A DNA stretch of 64,000 bases, taken from an uncultured Desulfobacter sp. Its GTDB lineage: Bacteria; Desulfobacterota; Desulfobacteria; Desulfobacterales; Desulfobacteraceae. This document shows, one piece after another, positions 18,601-26,927 of this stretch. Positions within the stretch are counted from its first letter, which is position 1; each line of letters opens with the position of its first letter. A model generated the notes under the pieces. The model had not been told where the DNA came from and ran no database searches. It worked only from the letters and a program-made list of their open reading frames with translations. The translations under genes were made by a program, and so were the position numbers. The DNA is taken from positions 3,808,001 to 3,872,000 of the forward strand of contig OY762069.1 of the NCBI GenBank assembly GCA_963665095.1. The letters run 5' to 3'.

Positions 18601-19123
18601 AAATTTTCTCACACTCTCCGCAACGGGTACAGGCAGCCGGATCTATCACAAAAGCATTGGGTATGGCATGGGGCACAGGAAGATAGATGGCCTTTCTGTT
18701 ACAAAGCCCCTCATTGAACTCATCCTTGATATCCACGGGGCAGACCTGCTCGCAGAGCCCGCAGCCCACACAACGATCCGGGTCCACCCAGGTGGCCTTT
18801 TCCCGCAGCCGGGCCGTAAAATCTCCCGGCTCCCCGGAAAGGCCCGTAAGTTCGCATCCCAGCTTCAGGGTGATATTTTCATGGAACAGGCCCTTTCTTA
18901 AGCAATGCTGTCCCCCTTTATCCCGGCTGGACAGCGGCAGCATCCGGCACATGCCGCAATGGTTGGAAGGAAACTGGGCATCAAGCTTTGACAGGATGCC
19001 CCCAATGGCAGGTGCCCGGTCAATCAGCGTGACCTTATACCCCTGCCCGGCCAGATCCAGGGCCGTTCTGATCCCGCTGATGCCGGCACCCACAACCAAC
19101 GTATTTGTATATTTTTCTTCCAT
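15698..19123 (-). CDS. hdrA: HdrA-like flavoprotein (two FAD-binding halves) with an inserted receiver domain
   Basis: VVGAGISG and VIGGGIAG FAD motifs; QCIGSRD..CSAICCM and CVDSRD..CSRVCC; ferredoxin motifs; receiver at ~18200-18560. Confidence 0.92.
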   Translation of the reverse strand: MEEKYTNTLVVGAGISGIRTALDLAGQGYKVTLIDRAPAIGGILSKLDAQFPSNHCGMCRMLPLSSRDKGGQHCLRKGLFHENITLKLGCELTGLSGEPGDFTARLREKATWVDPDRCVGCGLCEQVCPVDIKDEFNEGLCNRKAIYLPVPHAIPNAFVIDPAACTRCGECEKICPVDAVQLSRPDRKGFRILVVDDELSIRDSLKEWLEEEGFSVDMAASGKEALDMLEKNPCHLMLTDIKMPGMQGTQLLEQAKEAFPDLVVVMMTAYATVETAVTALKNGARDYLLKPFDPETLMPMVVEIFEDLQAAKDMELATDSVVLSFGTTFFDPADERNLFGYGVYPNVLTHLEFERLVSGTGPFAGKILRRDNSRPVKRIAWLQCIGSRDVQSNADFCSAICCMIAVKQAMLASDHNIETAIFYMDMRAFGKSFYQYCRDAENEKHVRFIRCRIHSVTMDNTSGNLDLAYLGPDGMMVGEQFDMVVLSTGQRPGRRAARMADLCGIEVNGPGFTKALPFAPVNTSREGVLAAGSVTGLKDIAESVIHASAAGLNAAALSAAAGKKPVDPEQAWTPRDIGREQVSVCAVVCSCGRRLDQVMAPELLKQALLDDPVVSQVIVADRLCTAQGFEKAAAALTAAQPNRVLIGACHPYLFLNKVKDLARQMDLPLFSFHAVDIAKGFWHPERATGLGSGAAILPELYQGCAMLKYTDPCQPVSEEITRRALVIGGGIAGMTAALGLADQGFEVDLVEKSDRLGGNLQWLTQTLDKEDFKPLLDSVTARVNQHSKVDLFTQSQVLDVTGRAGCFSTVIEDKDNHAVAREHGAVILATGGVEAPVHSYAADHDCIVTQKALEMRCREDLDFASELNSVVMILCVDSRDDTKNYCSRVCCPTALKQARMLKEKNPDLDIYILYRDMMTCGFAESHFTKARSENIIFISYKPGELPDIVIGEDAEAAPVVVKTLEPVLGLPIEIEADLAVLATGVAPVWPEETALSLGVEKDEFGFFKEADSKWRPVDAKMAGVFACGLLHSPRSVEKSIATAQAAACRAVALLSAPALEASHVTAVVRHSLCSLCQRCIAVCPYGARSLDGENEAIYVSPVMCQGCGACAAACPNGASMLQGYSGTQMLARIDAAVLGVN

Positions 19124-19179
19124 TTAACACCTTTTTAATTCACAGGAATCAGAATAATCATTTTAACCACCCAGGCTTC

Positions 19180-19301
19180 GTTTGGACGGAAACTTGCCCA
19201 GGTGCAAGGCGCAAAAGAATTTGTAACCGGAGCATACTAAGGTATGTGAGGATTGCAAATTTTTGCAGCAACGCCGCAGATGGGTGAGTTTACGTTCAAA
19301 C
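19180..19301. repeat. ~122-bp palindromic intergenic repeat (MITE/REP-like), copy 1
   Basis: Termini gtttggacggaaacttgccca / tgggtgagtttacgttcaaac; alignable with 20924-21047. Confidence 0.85.
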
Positions 19302-19305
19302 ATAA

Positions 19306-20430
19306 TTAAATTCCTACGACATCGGATAATTCATTTTCCTTGAACTCAGACAGAGGCAGTGCCTGGTTGGGATCAGCACCTGCCCGGTAGTTAAAGGCGG
19401 CCTGGGAATCCCCGGCCACCAGGGCAAACAGCTCCATCACAGGGATATCATTGGGACAGGCATTGGAACACTGGCCGCATCCCACACAGGACAGGCTCAT
19501 ATGCGCCAGCCGCGTGATATGAAAAAACAGGGTATCCACCGGCAGTTTCACCGCGCCTTTGCTCTGGGCCCAGGACACATACTGGTAAGGATCATGGTCA
19601 AACACATCCGTGTTAAAAACACACTCCTTGCAGTAGCATACCGGACAGGCCACCCGGCAGTTGTAGCAGTTGACGCACCGTTCAAAATAGAGATCCAGTT
19701 TGTCCAGGGAGTCTGTTTTTTCAGCGGTATCCTTTAATACCTGCGCCCTTGTCTCCCGCTGTTTTTCAAGAAAGGTTCTTATGCTCTCCTTCCGGCTGGC
19801 GGGTTCGTCAAAAACGCCCAGGGACAAGGTATCCAGCATTGCCCGGCCCTTTTCAGAACCAGATTCAATCAGCAGCCGGCCCTTGACATCCATGCCGAAC
19901 AGGCCGATGCGGATATCTGCCAGGGGGCTGATAAATTCATCGCAAATGGCGCAGGCAGAGGCCACGGGCGCATCTTTGCTTTCCATCTGCCTGGCAATAA
20001 ACTGTGCCGGATCTTCATACCCGGTACTGTTGACCCTCTCATTCCAGGTCTTGTTGGAATAAGCGCCCAGGCAGTCCACACTGATCAGCACAAGATCGGT
20101 AAGGTCCGCCTGCTTCAGCTTGCTCAGTTCCACCAGCGCCCTTATCTCACATGGCCTGAGCACCGCAGCGATCTTTTTCCCGGACGCTTTGCGGGTGAGC
20201 CGGGAAACCTGCCTGGCCGCATTGAGCGCAAAGGAAGGGCTGAAAGGATCGGCCCCTGAAAGCTGCCCCGGGTCCGTGACCAGCACCGGCATGATGGCGG
20301 CGCCATTCCCCTTTCGTTTCGGTACCAGGACAGCATTGATGTCGGTCTCTTCCAGGACCCGGGCCAGAAACCCCTCAAAGCCTGAGAGGAGCTGACCGTT
20401 GCCAGTGTCGATAGCTGCGAAATTTGTCAT
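19306..20430 (-). CDS. FrhB/FdhB-like Fe-S subunit
   Basis: LRPCEIRA..ELSKLKQ..DCLG; CVNCYNCRVACPVCYCKEC; CVGCGQCSNACP. Confidence 0.8.
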   Translation of the reverse strand: MTNFAAIDTGNGQLLSGFEGFLARVLEETDINAVLVPKRKGNGAAIMPVLVTDPGQLSGADPFSPSFALNAARQVSRLTRKASGKKIAAVLRPCEIRALVELSKLKQADLTDLVLISVDCLGAYSNKTWNERVNSTGYEDPAQFIARQMESKDAPVASACAICDEFISPLADIRIGLFGMDVKGRLLIESGSEKGRAMLDTLSLGVFDEPASRKESIRTFLEKQRETRAQVLKDTAEKTDSLDKLDLYFERCVNCYNCRVACPVCYCKECVFNTDVFDHDPYQYVSWAQSKGAVKLPVDTLFFHITRLAHMSLSCVGCGQCSNACPNDIPVMELFALVAGDSQAAFNYRAGADPNQALPLSEFKENELSDVVGI

Positions 20431-20888
20431 GATGCCTCCCCGTGTGCCAGGTCAGATGTTTTGGCAGTGCCGCCGGCCGGCCCCATCTGTTTTGCCTGGG
20501 CCACCAGTTCCTGCATGGTATGGGCAAACTCAATACCGTCGCTGGCCCCGATCCATGTCAGTTTCAGCCGTTCCCTTTCAATGCCGATGCGCGGCAGCAC
20601 CGCATGCAGCAGCCGTATCCTGCGCCGGGCCTTGTAATTGCCATTGATATAGTGGCAGTCACCGGGATGACAGCCGGAGACCAGCACCATGTCAGCGCCT
20701 TCAAGAAAGGCCTTGATCACGTACTGGGGGTCCACCATGCCCGTGCACATGACCCGGATCAGCCGGACATTGTCCGGATACCCGAGCCGCGAGGTGCCGG
20801 CCAGGTCAGCAGCAGTATAGGTACACCAGTTACAGACAAACGCAATTATGAGCGGTTGGTATTCATCATTCATCATGAGACGCCTCAT
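20427..20888 (-). CDS. mvhD: MvhD/FlpD [2Fe-2S] subunit
   Basis: FVCNWCTY.AADLAG, RVMCTG, GCHPGDCHY..GN. Start could be 20876 or 20873. Confidence 0.92.
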   Translation of the reverse strand: MRRLMMNDEYQPLIIAFVCNWCTYTAADLAGTSRLGYPDNVRLIRVMCTGMVDPQYVIKAFLEGADMVLVSGCHPGDCHYINGNYKARRRIRLLHAVLPRIGIERERLKLTWIGASDGIEFAHTMQELVAQAKQMGPAGGTAKTSDLAHGEAS

Positions 20889-20923
20889 TTAATAAATTAG
20901 TTAATGCCCCAACTAAAACCCCA

Positions 20924-21047
20924 TGTTTGGACGTAAAGTTGCCCAGATGCAAGGCGCAAGCAAAGCTGGAACCGGAGCGTACTTCAGTACGTGAGGATTG
21001 CAGCTTTGTGCAGCAACGCAGCAGGTGGGTGACTTTACGTTCAAACA
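20924..21047. repeat. ~124-bp palindromic intergenic repeat, copy 2 (overlaps stop codon of the HdrL-type gene)
   Basis: Termini tgtttggacgtaaagttgccca / tgggtgactttacgttcaaaca. Confidence 0.85.
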
Positions 21048-24000
21048 CTATTCACCCGCGTAATGCCATCCATAATGCCGCTGAACTCGGCAAAAATCTG
21101 TTCCTTCTGAAAATGCCGGACCTGGGCCGCACCGCTGGGGCATGCGCCGGAGCAGGAGCCACACCCCTTGCACACGGCTTCATTGACCACCGACACCATG
21201 CGGCGGCTGTCAAACTCAATGGCGGAATAGGGACACAGCCCGATGCAGGTCTGGCACCCGGAACAGATGTCCGGGTCGATCCAGGAAATGGTGGACGGCA
21301 CCCTTACCCGGCCACTGGTGGAAAGAGCCAGAGCCTTGGCTGCAGCCCCTGACGCCTGGGCCACGGTATCCGGGATATCCTTGGGCGACTGGCAGGCCCC
21401 GGCCACAAACACCCCGTCCGTAGCCGTATTCAAAGGCCCAAGCTTGGGGTGCTCCTCCAGGAAAAACCCGTCCATGCCCTGGTTGATCCCGAAAATCCGG
21501 CCGGTCTCCCTGGCATCGGCCCGGGCCTCCATGGCCACGCACAGCACCACCATATCCACAGGAATCCGGACAGTTGCCCCGAGCAAAGTATCCTCACCAA
21601 TCACTACCAGTTTTCCTTCCTCCTGGCTGGATTCGGCAATGTCCGTAATTTCCGAGGCCTTGCCTCTGATAAAATGGGTGCCCTCTTCCTGGCACCGGCG
21701 ATAAAATTCCTCATAGCCTTTGCCAAAACAACGCATGTCAATGTAAAAATCATACACTTGAGTATCATGGCCGGTTTTCTCCTTGATTAAGTGTGAATAT
21801 TTCAGGGCATACATGCAGCATACCCGGGAACAGTATTCATGGTAATTGACATCGCGGCTCCCGATACAGTGAAGCAGCGCCACACTTTTGGGAGGTTTGG
21901 TAAACGCTAAGGAATTATTGCGCAAAAGAATCTGGCCCCCGGTGGGCCCGGTGGCATTGCTGATCCGTTCAAACTCCAGGCTGGTAAAGACATTGGGATA
22001 GACACCGTACCCGAACTGGGACATGGATGAGGGGTCAAGGGCGTCATAGCCGGTTGCCACAATAATGCTGCCCACCTCAATCTGACTGTATGTGGGCTGC
22101 ATGGAGTGGTCAATGGCATTGGCCTCGCAGACCCGGACACACTCCATGCACTCGCAGCACTCCTGGCAGTTCAGGCAGCGATCCGCCTCTTTATGGGCCT
22201 GGTCCGGGTCAAGGCCCTGAGTCTCTTCCTGGAATCCTGTTTTCCGGGTGTCCGGGTCAAGGTGGGTGAGCGTCTGCCTGGGTGCTGCTGGGCAGTTTTC
22301 CGGAATATCTTTATAACTGGGAGTTGCCTCTTTATTCTGCCTGGATAACACCGCCTCCTTTTCCTTGGCTTCAACGCTTTTCCTGTCCATTCCGGACAAA
22401 AAGGCATCAATGCCTTTGGCAGCCCTGTGGCCGCCGGCAATGGCTTCCACCACGGTGGCAGGCCCCGTGACCACGTCACCGGCAGAAAAAATCCAGTCAT
22501 CCGATGTCTGCATCCAGGTGCTGTCCACCAGGGGATTCAGCCGGGCAGTCACCTCGATATTCTGGCTGTCCAGCCCCTGGGGCAAATCAATCTGCTGGCC
22601 AATGGCGGTGATCACGCAGTCGCAGGGGATCACAAACTGGGAGCCGTCAATGGGTTCCGGCCGCCGCCGCCCGCTCTGGTCCGGTTCCCCCAGCTTGTTT
22701 TCCAGACACCCCAGCCCGGCGATCCGGCCGTTCTCCTCAATCACCCGGATGGGGGTAACCAGCGATTTGATCACGATACCCTCTTCCCCGGCACCAGTGA
22801 TTTCATCCGCATAGGCCGGCATTTCCGCTTCACTGCGCCGGTAGGCCAGCGTTACCTCAGATGCCCCGAGCCGGGCTGCCACCCGGGCTGCGTCCACGGC
22901 CACATTTCCGCCGCCCACCACCACCACCTGCCGGCCCGGACAGGTGCGGTCCCCGTCATTGGCCCGGCGCAGAAAGGTGATGGCATCCATCACCCTGTCC
23001 ATCTTTTCACCGGGGATGCCCAGGGTCAAAGCGCTCTGGGCGCCAATGCCTAAAAACAGGGCATCATACCCGTCATTTTTCAACTCACCCGGGGTAAAAT
23101 CCCGCCCTAAATGCACCCCTGTGACAATCTCCACGCCCATGCGCCGGATATAATTAATCTCTTTTTCCAGCACCTCGGGCGGAAGCCGGTAATCGGGGAT
23201 GCCGGTGCGCATCATGCCGCCTGCTTTATCTGATGACTCAAACACCTTGACCTGGTATCCCTTGAGCCGAAGGTCATAGGCCACGGTGAGGCCGGCAGGA
23301 CCCGCCCCGATCACGGCCACCTTCCGGCCCTTTTCCTGAATGTGGGGAATGGCCAGGGTATCCATATCCACCTGGTCCGCGGCAAACCGCTTAAGATCCC
23401 GGATGGCCACGGCACTGTCCACGTCCGCCCTGCGGCAGGCTGCCTCACATGGATGGGGGCAGACCCGGCCCAGCACCCCGGGAAAGGGAATCTTTTCCAT
23501 GATCAGGCGAAGCGCCTTTTCATACTCGCCTTTCTTGATCAGCTGCACATAGCCCTGGACATTGGCATGGGCCGGACAGGTCTCAACACAGGGGGCCTTA
23601 TCCTTTTTCTCTATGCAGTAGGTGATGGGAACCGCCTGGGGGAAAGCCCGGTAAATGGCGTTTCGCGGGCCTAAACTCTCGTCCCACTCGCTGGGGGATG
23701 TCACCGGACACGCCTTGGCACACTCCCCACACCCGGTGCAAAGGTCGCTTTTGATAAACCGCGGTTTATGTTTGATCCTTACCTTGTAATTGCCAATGTA
23801 CCCCTCCACTTCCTGGACCTCGGAATAGGAAAAGAGCGTGATATTGTGGTTCTGGGCCACCTCCACCATTTTCGGGGTGCCGATACAGGCGGCACAGTCC
23901 AGGGTGGGAAAGGTCTTGTCAAACTGGAGCATGTGCCCGCCAATGGTGGTGGATTTCTCCACCAGCCAGGCTTTGCGGCCTGACGCCCCGATATCCAGGG

Positions 24001-24469
24001 CCGCCTGCATACCGGCAATGCCGCCGCCCACCACCAGCACATCCGGATGGACATTTACATGGCGGATACCCAGTTTATGGTGGTGTTTGACCCGGTTCAC
24101 AGCGCCGGCAATCAGGGTTTTCGCCTTTCGCGTCGCACAGTCTTTGTCCAGGGTGACCCAGGAGACCTGCTCCCGGATGGAGGCCATCTGGAATAAAAAT
24201 GGATTGAGTCCTGCCCTGCTGCAGGCGGACTGAAAAGTTTTTTCGTGGAGCCGTGGCGAACAGGAGGCCACCACCACCCGGTTCAGCCCATACTGTTTGA
24301 TATCGTTTTCAATCATCTCCTGACCGGGATCGGAACACATGAATTTATAGTCCCTGGCCACGCAAACATCTTCAAGGGTCCCGGCAAACTGCGCCACCTT
24401 GGCAACATCCACTTTATGGGCGATATTAATTCCGCAATGGCAGATATAGCAGCCGATTTTGAGTGACAT
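21041..24469 (-). CDS. hdrA: HdrL-type protein: HdrA with inserted GltD/NfnB-like NAD(P)H oxidoreductase module
   Basis: CHCGINIA, CSPRLHE, DKTFPTLDCAAC, HCIGSRD..CSRVCCM; insert APCVETCP..GRVCPHPCE..GAGPAG..GGGNVA..EADRCLNC. Confidence 0.92.
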   Translation of the reverse strand: MSLKIGCYICHCGINIAHKVDVAKVAQFAGTLEDVCVARDYKFMCSDPGQEMIENDIKQYGLNRVVVASCSPRLHEKTFQSACSRAGLNPFLFQMASIREQVSWVTLDKDCATRKAKTLIAGAVNRVKHHHKLGIRHVNVHPDVLVVGGGIAGMQAALDIGASGRKAWLVEKSTTIGGHMLQFDKTFPTLDCAACIGTPKMVEVAQNHNITLFSYSEVQEVEGYIGNYKVRIKHKPRFIKSDLCTGCGECAKACPVTSPSEWDESLGPRNAIYRAFPQAVPITYCIEKKDKAPCVETCPAHANVQGYVQLIKKGEYEKALRLIMEKIPFPGVLGRVCPHPCEAACRRADVDSAVAIRDLKRFAADQVDMDTLAIPHIQEKGRKVAVIGAGPAGLTVAYDLRLKGYQVKVFESSDKAGGMMRTGIPDYRLPPEVLEKEINYIRRMGVEIVTGVHLGRDFTPGELKNDGYDALFLGIGAQSALTLGIPGEKMDRVMDAITFLRRANDGDRTCPGRQVVVVGGGNVAVDAARVAARLGASEVTLAYRRSEAEMPAYADEITGAGEEGIVIKSLVTPIRVIEENGRIAGLGCLENKLGEPDQSGRRRPEPIDGSQFVIPCDCVITAIGQQIDLPQGLDSQNIEVTARLNPLVDSTWMQTSDDWIFSAGDVVTGPATVVEAIAGGHRAAKGIDAFLSGMDRKSVEAKEKEAVLSRQNKEATPSYKDIPENCPAAPRQTLTHLDPDTRKTGFQEETQGLDPDQAHKEADRCLNCQECCECMECVRVCEANAIDHSMQPTYSQIEVGSIIVATGYDALDPSSMSQFGYGVYPNVFTSLEFERISNATGPTGGQILLRNNSLAFTKPPKSVALLHCIGSRDVNYHEYCSRVCCMYALKYSHLIKEKTGHDTQVYDFYIDMRCFGKGYEEFYRRCQEEGTHFIRGKASEITDIAESSQEEGKLVVIGEDTLLGATVRIPVDMVVLCVAMEARADARETGRIFGINQGMDGFFLEEHPKLGPLNTATDGVFVAGACQSPKDIPDTVAQASGAAAKALALSTSGRVRVPSTISWIDPDICSGCQTCIGLCPYSAIEFDSRRMVSVVNEAVCKGCGSCSGACPSGAAQVRHFQKEQIFAEFSGIMDGITRVNSV

Positions 24470-24707
24470 ATAATTTTCTCCCCGGCAAACTGTTTATTAA
24501 TCCTGAAATGAGTGCAACAAACCGTTTTTCAGACACAAATTTTCTGGATAAAAAGCTTTTTACAGCAGGTATTAATTTCAGGAGGGATTCTGGGGGAACA
24601 GAGAATTCAACACAGGAACTGCGAAAACAGGTGTCAGCCAGAGAAGACAGTGTACTTCTCTCCAGTATACTTTTAACCTTTTTAGGGTACTCAAACCTGC
24701 GACTCAT
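24426..24707 (-). CDS. Small hypothetical protein heading the hdr operon
   Basis: GGAGG 6 nt before ATG; lies between promoter and hdrA. No recognisable motif; 44-nt overlap with hdrA. Confidence 0.4.
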   Translation of the reverse strand: MSRRFEYPKKVKSILERSTLSSLADTCFRSSCVEFSVPPESLLKLIPAVKSFLSRKFVSEKRFVALISGLINSLPGRKLYVTQNRLLYLPLRN

Positions 24708-24785
24708 CTTGATCCTCCGTGATTCGTTGGATTAAGATCTCGCTAAACCGCTCATTTAACTGGCGGCGAACTTTTTCTTTTTTTC

Positions 24786-24815
24786 ACTATATCGGTTTAA
24801 GGAAAGATGTGTCAA
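24786..24815 (-). promoter_or_regulatory. Sigma70-type promoter for the hdr/signalling operon
   Basis: TTGACA-18 nt-TATAGT on the minus strand. Confidence 0.6.
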
Positions 24816-25018
24816 GGCCATTTCCCGGGTTCCGGTCAAAGCCTTTGCCATCATCGTCTTCAGGCTACCTGATAATTGTGATCCTTATCTTTAACCAAGC
24901 TGCCTGAACTAGAATTTTTAATGAGTCGCTACTTTTTGTATTTTTTAAAAATTTGGTAATAATCCAATATTAAGATAGAAGCGACTCATTTCATCAAAAA
25001 AATATTGAGCTGCCGGTA

Positions 25019-26788
25019 TTAGCAGTCCTGTTTATTTTTTGAGCTTAGCTCGGGAAAATCCCAGTAGAAATATTCTTTCACCTCTTCCTCACTTCCTTCC
25101 CCCTTCCGGCTGACCTCAGCATCACGCAGTTCAATACGCCGGATTTTGCCGGAAATGGTTTTAGGAACCTCTGGAACAAACTCAATAATTCTGGGAATTT
25201 TAAATTTAGCAAGGATATTCATGGTGTGCTTGAACAGTTCCAGGGCCAGTTCCCTGGACCCGGTCTGACCGGGATTTAAAATCACATAGGCTTTGACCAG
25301 CTGATACCGGTTGGGATCCGGGGCACCCACCACCGCAGCTTCAGCCACGGCCGGATGCTCAAGCAGCGCACTTTCCACCTCAAAGGGGCCAATGCGGTAG
25401 TCACTGGATTTAATCACATCATCAGCCCGCCCCACAAACCACCAGTAACCGTCGGAATCAAAGGAGGCCCTGTCTCCGGTATAATAGTAGTTATCCACAA
25501 ACACGGATGACATTTTTTCCGGATTGCCGATATACTCCTTGAACAGGCCTGCGGGCTGCCAGTTCTCCAGCTTGACCACAATGTGACCAACCATATCCGG
25601 CTCAGTGATTTCATTGCCCTCATCATCGGCCAACGCCACGTCATACATGGGAGAGGGTGTGCCAAAGGAACCGGCACGCATTCTGTCTGATGCCCAGGGC
25701 GGGTTCCCGATCATGGCCGTGGACTCTGTCTGTCCGTAAAAATCCCTGATCAGCGTACCGGTATGTCCCTTCCAGCGGGTGATTACTTCCGGATTCAACG
25801 GCTCTCCTGCAGAAACAGACTGACGCAGACAGGAAAGATCAATACCCTCAAAATCCATATTCACAAACATGCGCCAGGCCGTGGGCGGTGCACAGAAGGT
25901 GGTCACCTGATACCTCGCCACTGCTTCCAGATACGCTTTTGCATCCAGGGAATCAAACCGGAAAGCCGTCACCGTCGCGCCCACATTAAAGGGGACAAAA
26001 AATGAAGACCAGGCCCACTTCCCCCACCCCGGGGCACTCAGGTTATGATGGATATCATCCGGTGTAAGCCCCATCATCACCGTGGTGGACAGATGGCCCA
26101 CAGGGTATGACGCAGCTGTATGCCCGACCCGTTTGGGAAGTCCGGTGGTACCCGAGGTAAAAAAGCAGAACAGAATATCATCCGATGCTGTGTCCGCGGC
26201 ATCTGCCCTATCTGAAGCTTCGGCCACCTCATCATAGGAGATCCAGCCTGAAGCCTCTCCCAGGACCAGTTTGACCCGGGGAACGATTCCGGTTTCCCTG
26301 ATGGCGTCCTCAATAAGTTCGACGTTGGCCTGATCCACCAGAATCACATCCGGCTTATAGGTTTCAAATCTGAATTCCAGCTCCCTGGCTGTCATGGTCG
26401 TGGCTGTGGGAACGGAAACAATACCTGCTTTGATGCAGGCAAGGCTTGCAAACCAGATTTCAGGGCACAGGGGCACCATCAGATACATATTGTCCTTAAG
26501 ACCCACCCCGCGATCTGCCAGAAAATTGATCAGCTGGTTGGCCTTCCGGGACATTTCAAGGTAGGAAAAACGACTGGATTCAAGGGTACGCAGATCTTCA
26601 TAAACCAGGGCGGTTTTATCCGGTGTCCGGGCCACATGAATTCCTTCAAACACCTGGGCAACCCAGTTGAATGAATCCGGCATTGCCATGCTATTCAAAG
26701 TATCAAAAAATGTCTTTGCCCGGGCCTGTTTGTCAGCGTCATCCGGCATCTGATTAATACCGATAATCTGTTCGTAAAGCGCTTTCAT
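25019..26788 (-). CDS. Acyl-CoA synthetase (AMP-forming, short/medium chain)
   Basis: FFTSGTTGLPK, YGQTE, TGD, GRADDVIKSSDYRIGPFEVES, PKTISGKIRR. Confidence 0.93.
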   Translation of the reverse strand: MKALYEQIIGINQMPDDADKQARAKTFFDTLNSMAMPDSFNWVAQVFEGIHVARTPDKTALVYEDLRTLESSRFSYLEMSRKANQLINFLADRGVGLKDNMYLMVPLCPEIWFASLACIKAGIVSVPTATTMTARELEFRFETYKPDVILVDQANVELIEDAIRETGIVPRVKLVLGEASGWISYDEVAEASDRADAADTASDDILFCFFTSGTTGLPKRVGHTAASYPVGHLSTTVMMGLTPDDIHHNLSAPGWGKWAWSSFFVPFNVGATVTAFRFDSLDAKAYLEAVARYQVTTFCAPPTAWRMFVNMDFEGIDLSCLRQSVSAGEPLNPEVITRWKGHTGTLIRDFYGQTESTAMIGNPPWASDRMRAGSFGTPSPMYDVALADDEGNEITEPDMVGHIVVKLENWQPAGLFKEYIGNPEKMSSVFVDNYYYTGDRASFDSDGYWWFVGRADDVIKSSDYRIGPFEVESALLEHPAVAEAAVVGAPDPNRYQLVKAYVILNPGQTGSRELALELFKHTMNILAKFKIPRIIEFVPEVPKTISGKIRRIELRDAEVSRKGEGSEEEVKEYFYWDFPELSSKNKQDC

Positions 26789-26927
26789 ACTTTGGGAAAC
26801 ACTCCTTGCAATCCAGTTTAATCTTAGGTATAGCTGGTCAAAAAATATTGATTGTATAATGGATCGCCCCTGTGTTTGTCAAAAGTTTTATTGCCCAAAG
26901 CCCGAAAATCAAGGAAAAAGACCTTTC

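Noticed and set aside
20866..21048. 60-aa ORF between HdrL-type gene and mvhD
   Set aside because: Mostly a translation of the palindromic repeat.
15698..24469. Selenocysteine recoding in HdrA/HdrL/MvhD
   Set aside because: ORFs are uninterrupted and have Cys at the usual positions (DCAAC, GCHPGDCHY); no in-frame TGA is needed.
24836..24850. Sigma54 promoter for the hdr operon (TGGCA..TTTGA)
   Set aside because: The -12 GC is replaced by GA, and a better sigma70 match lies at 24786-24815.
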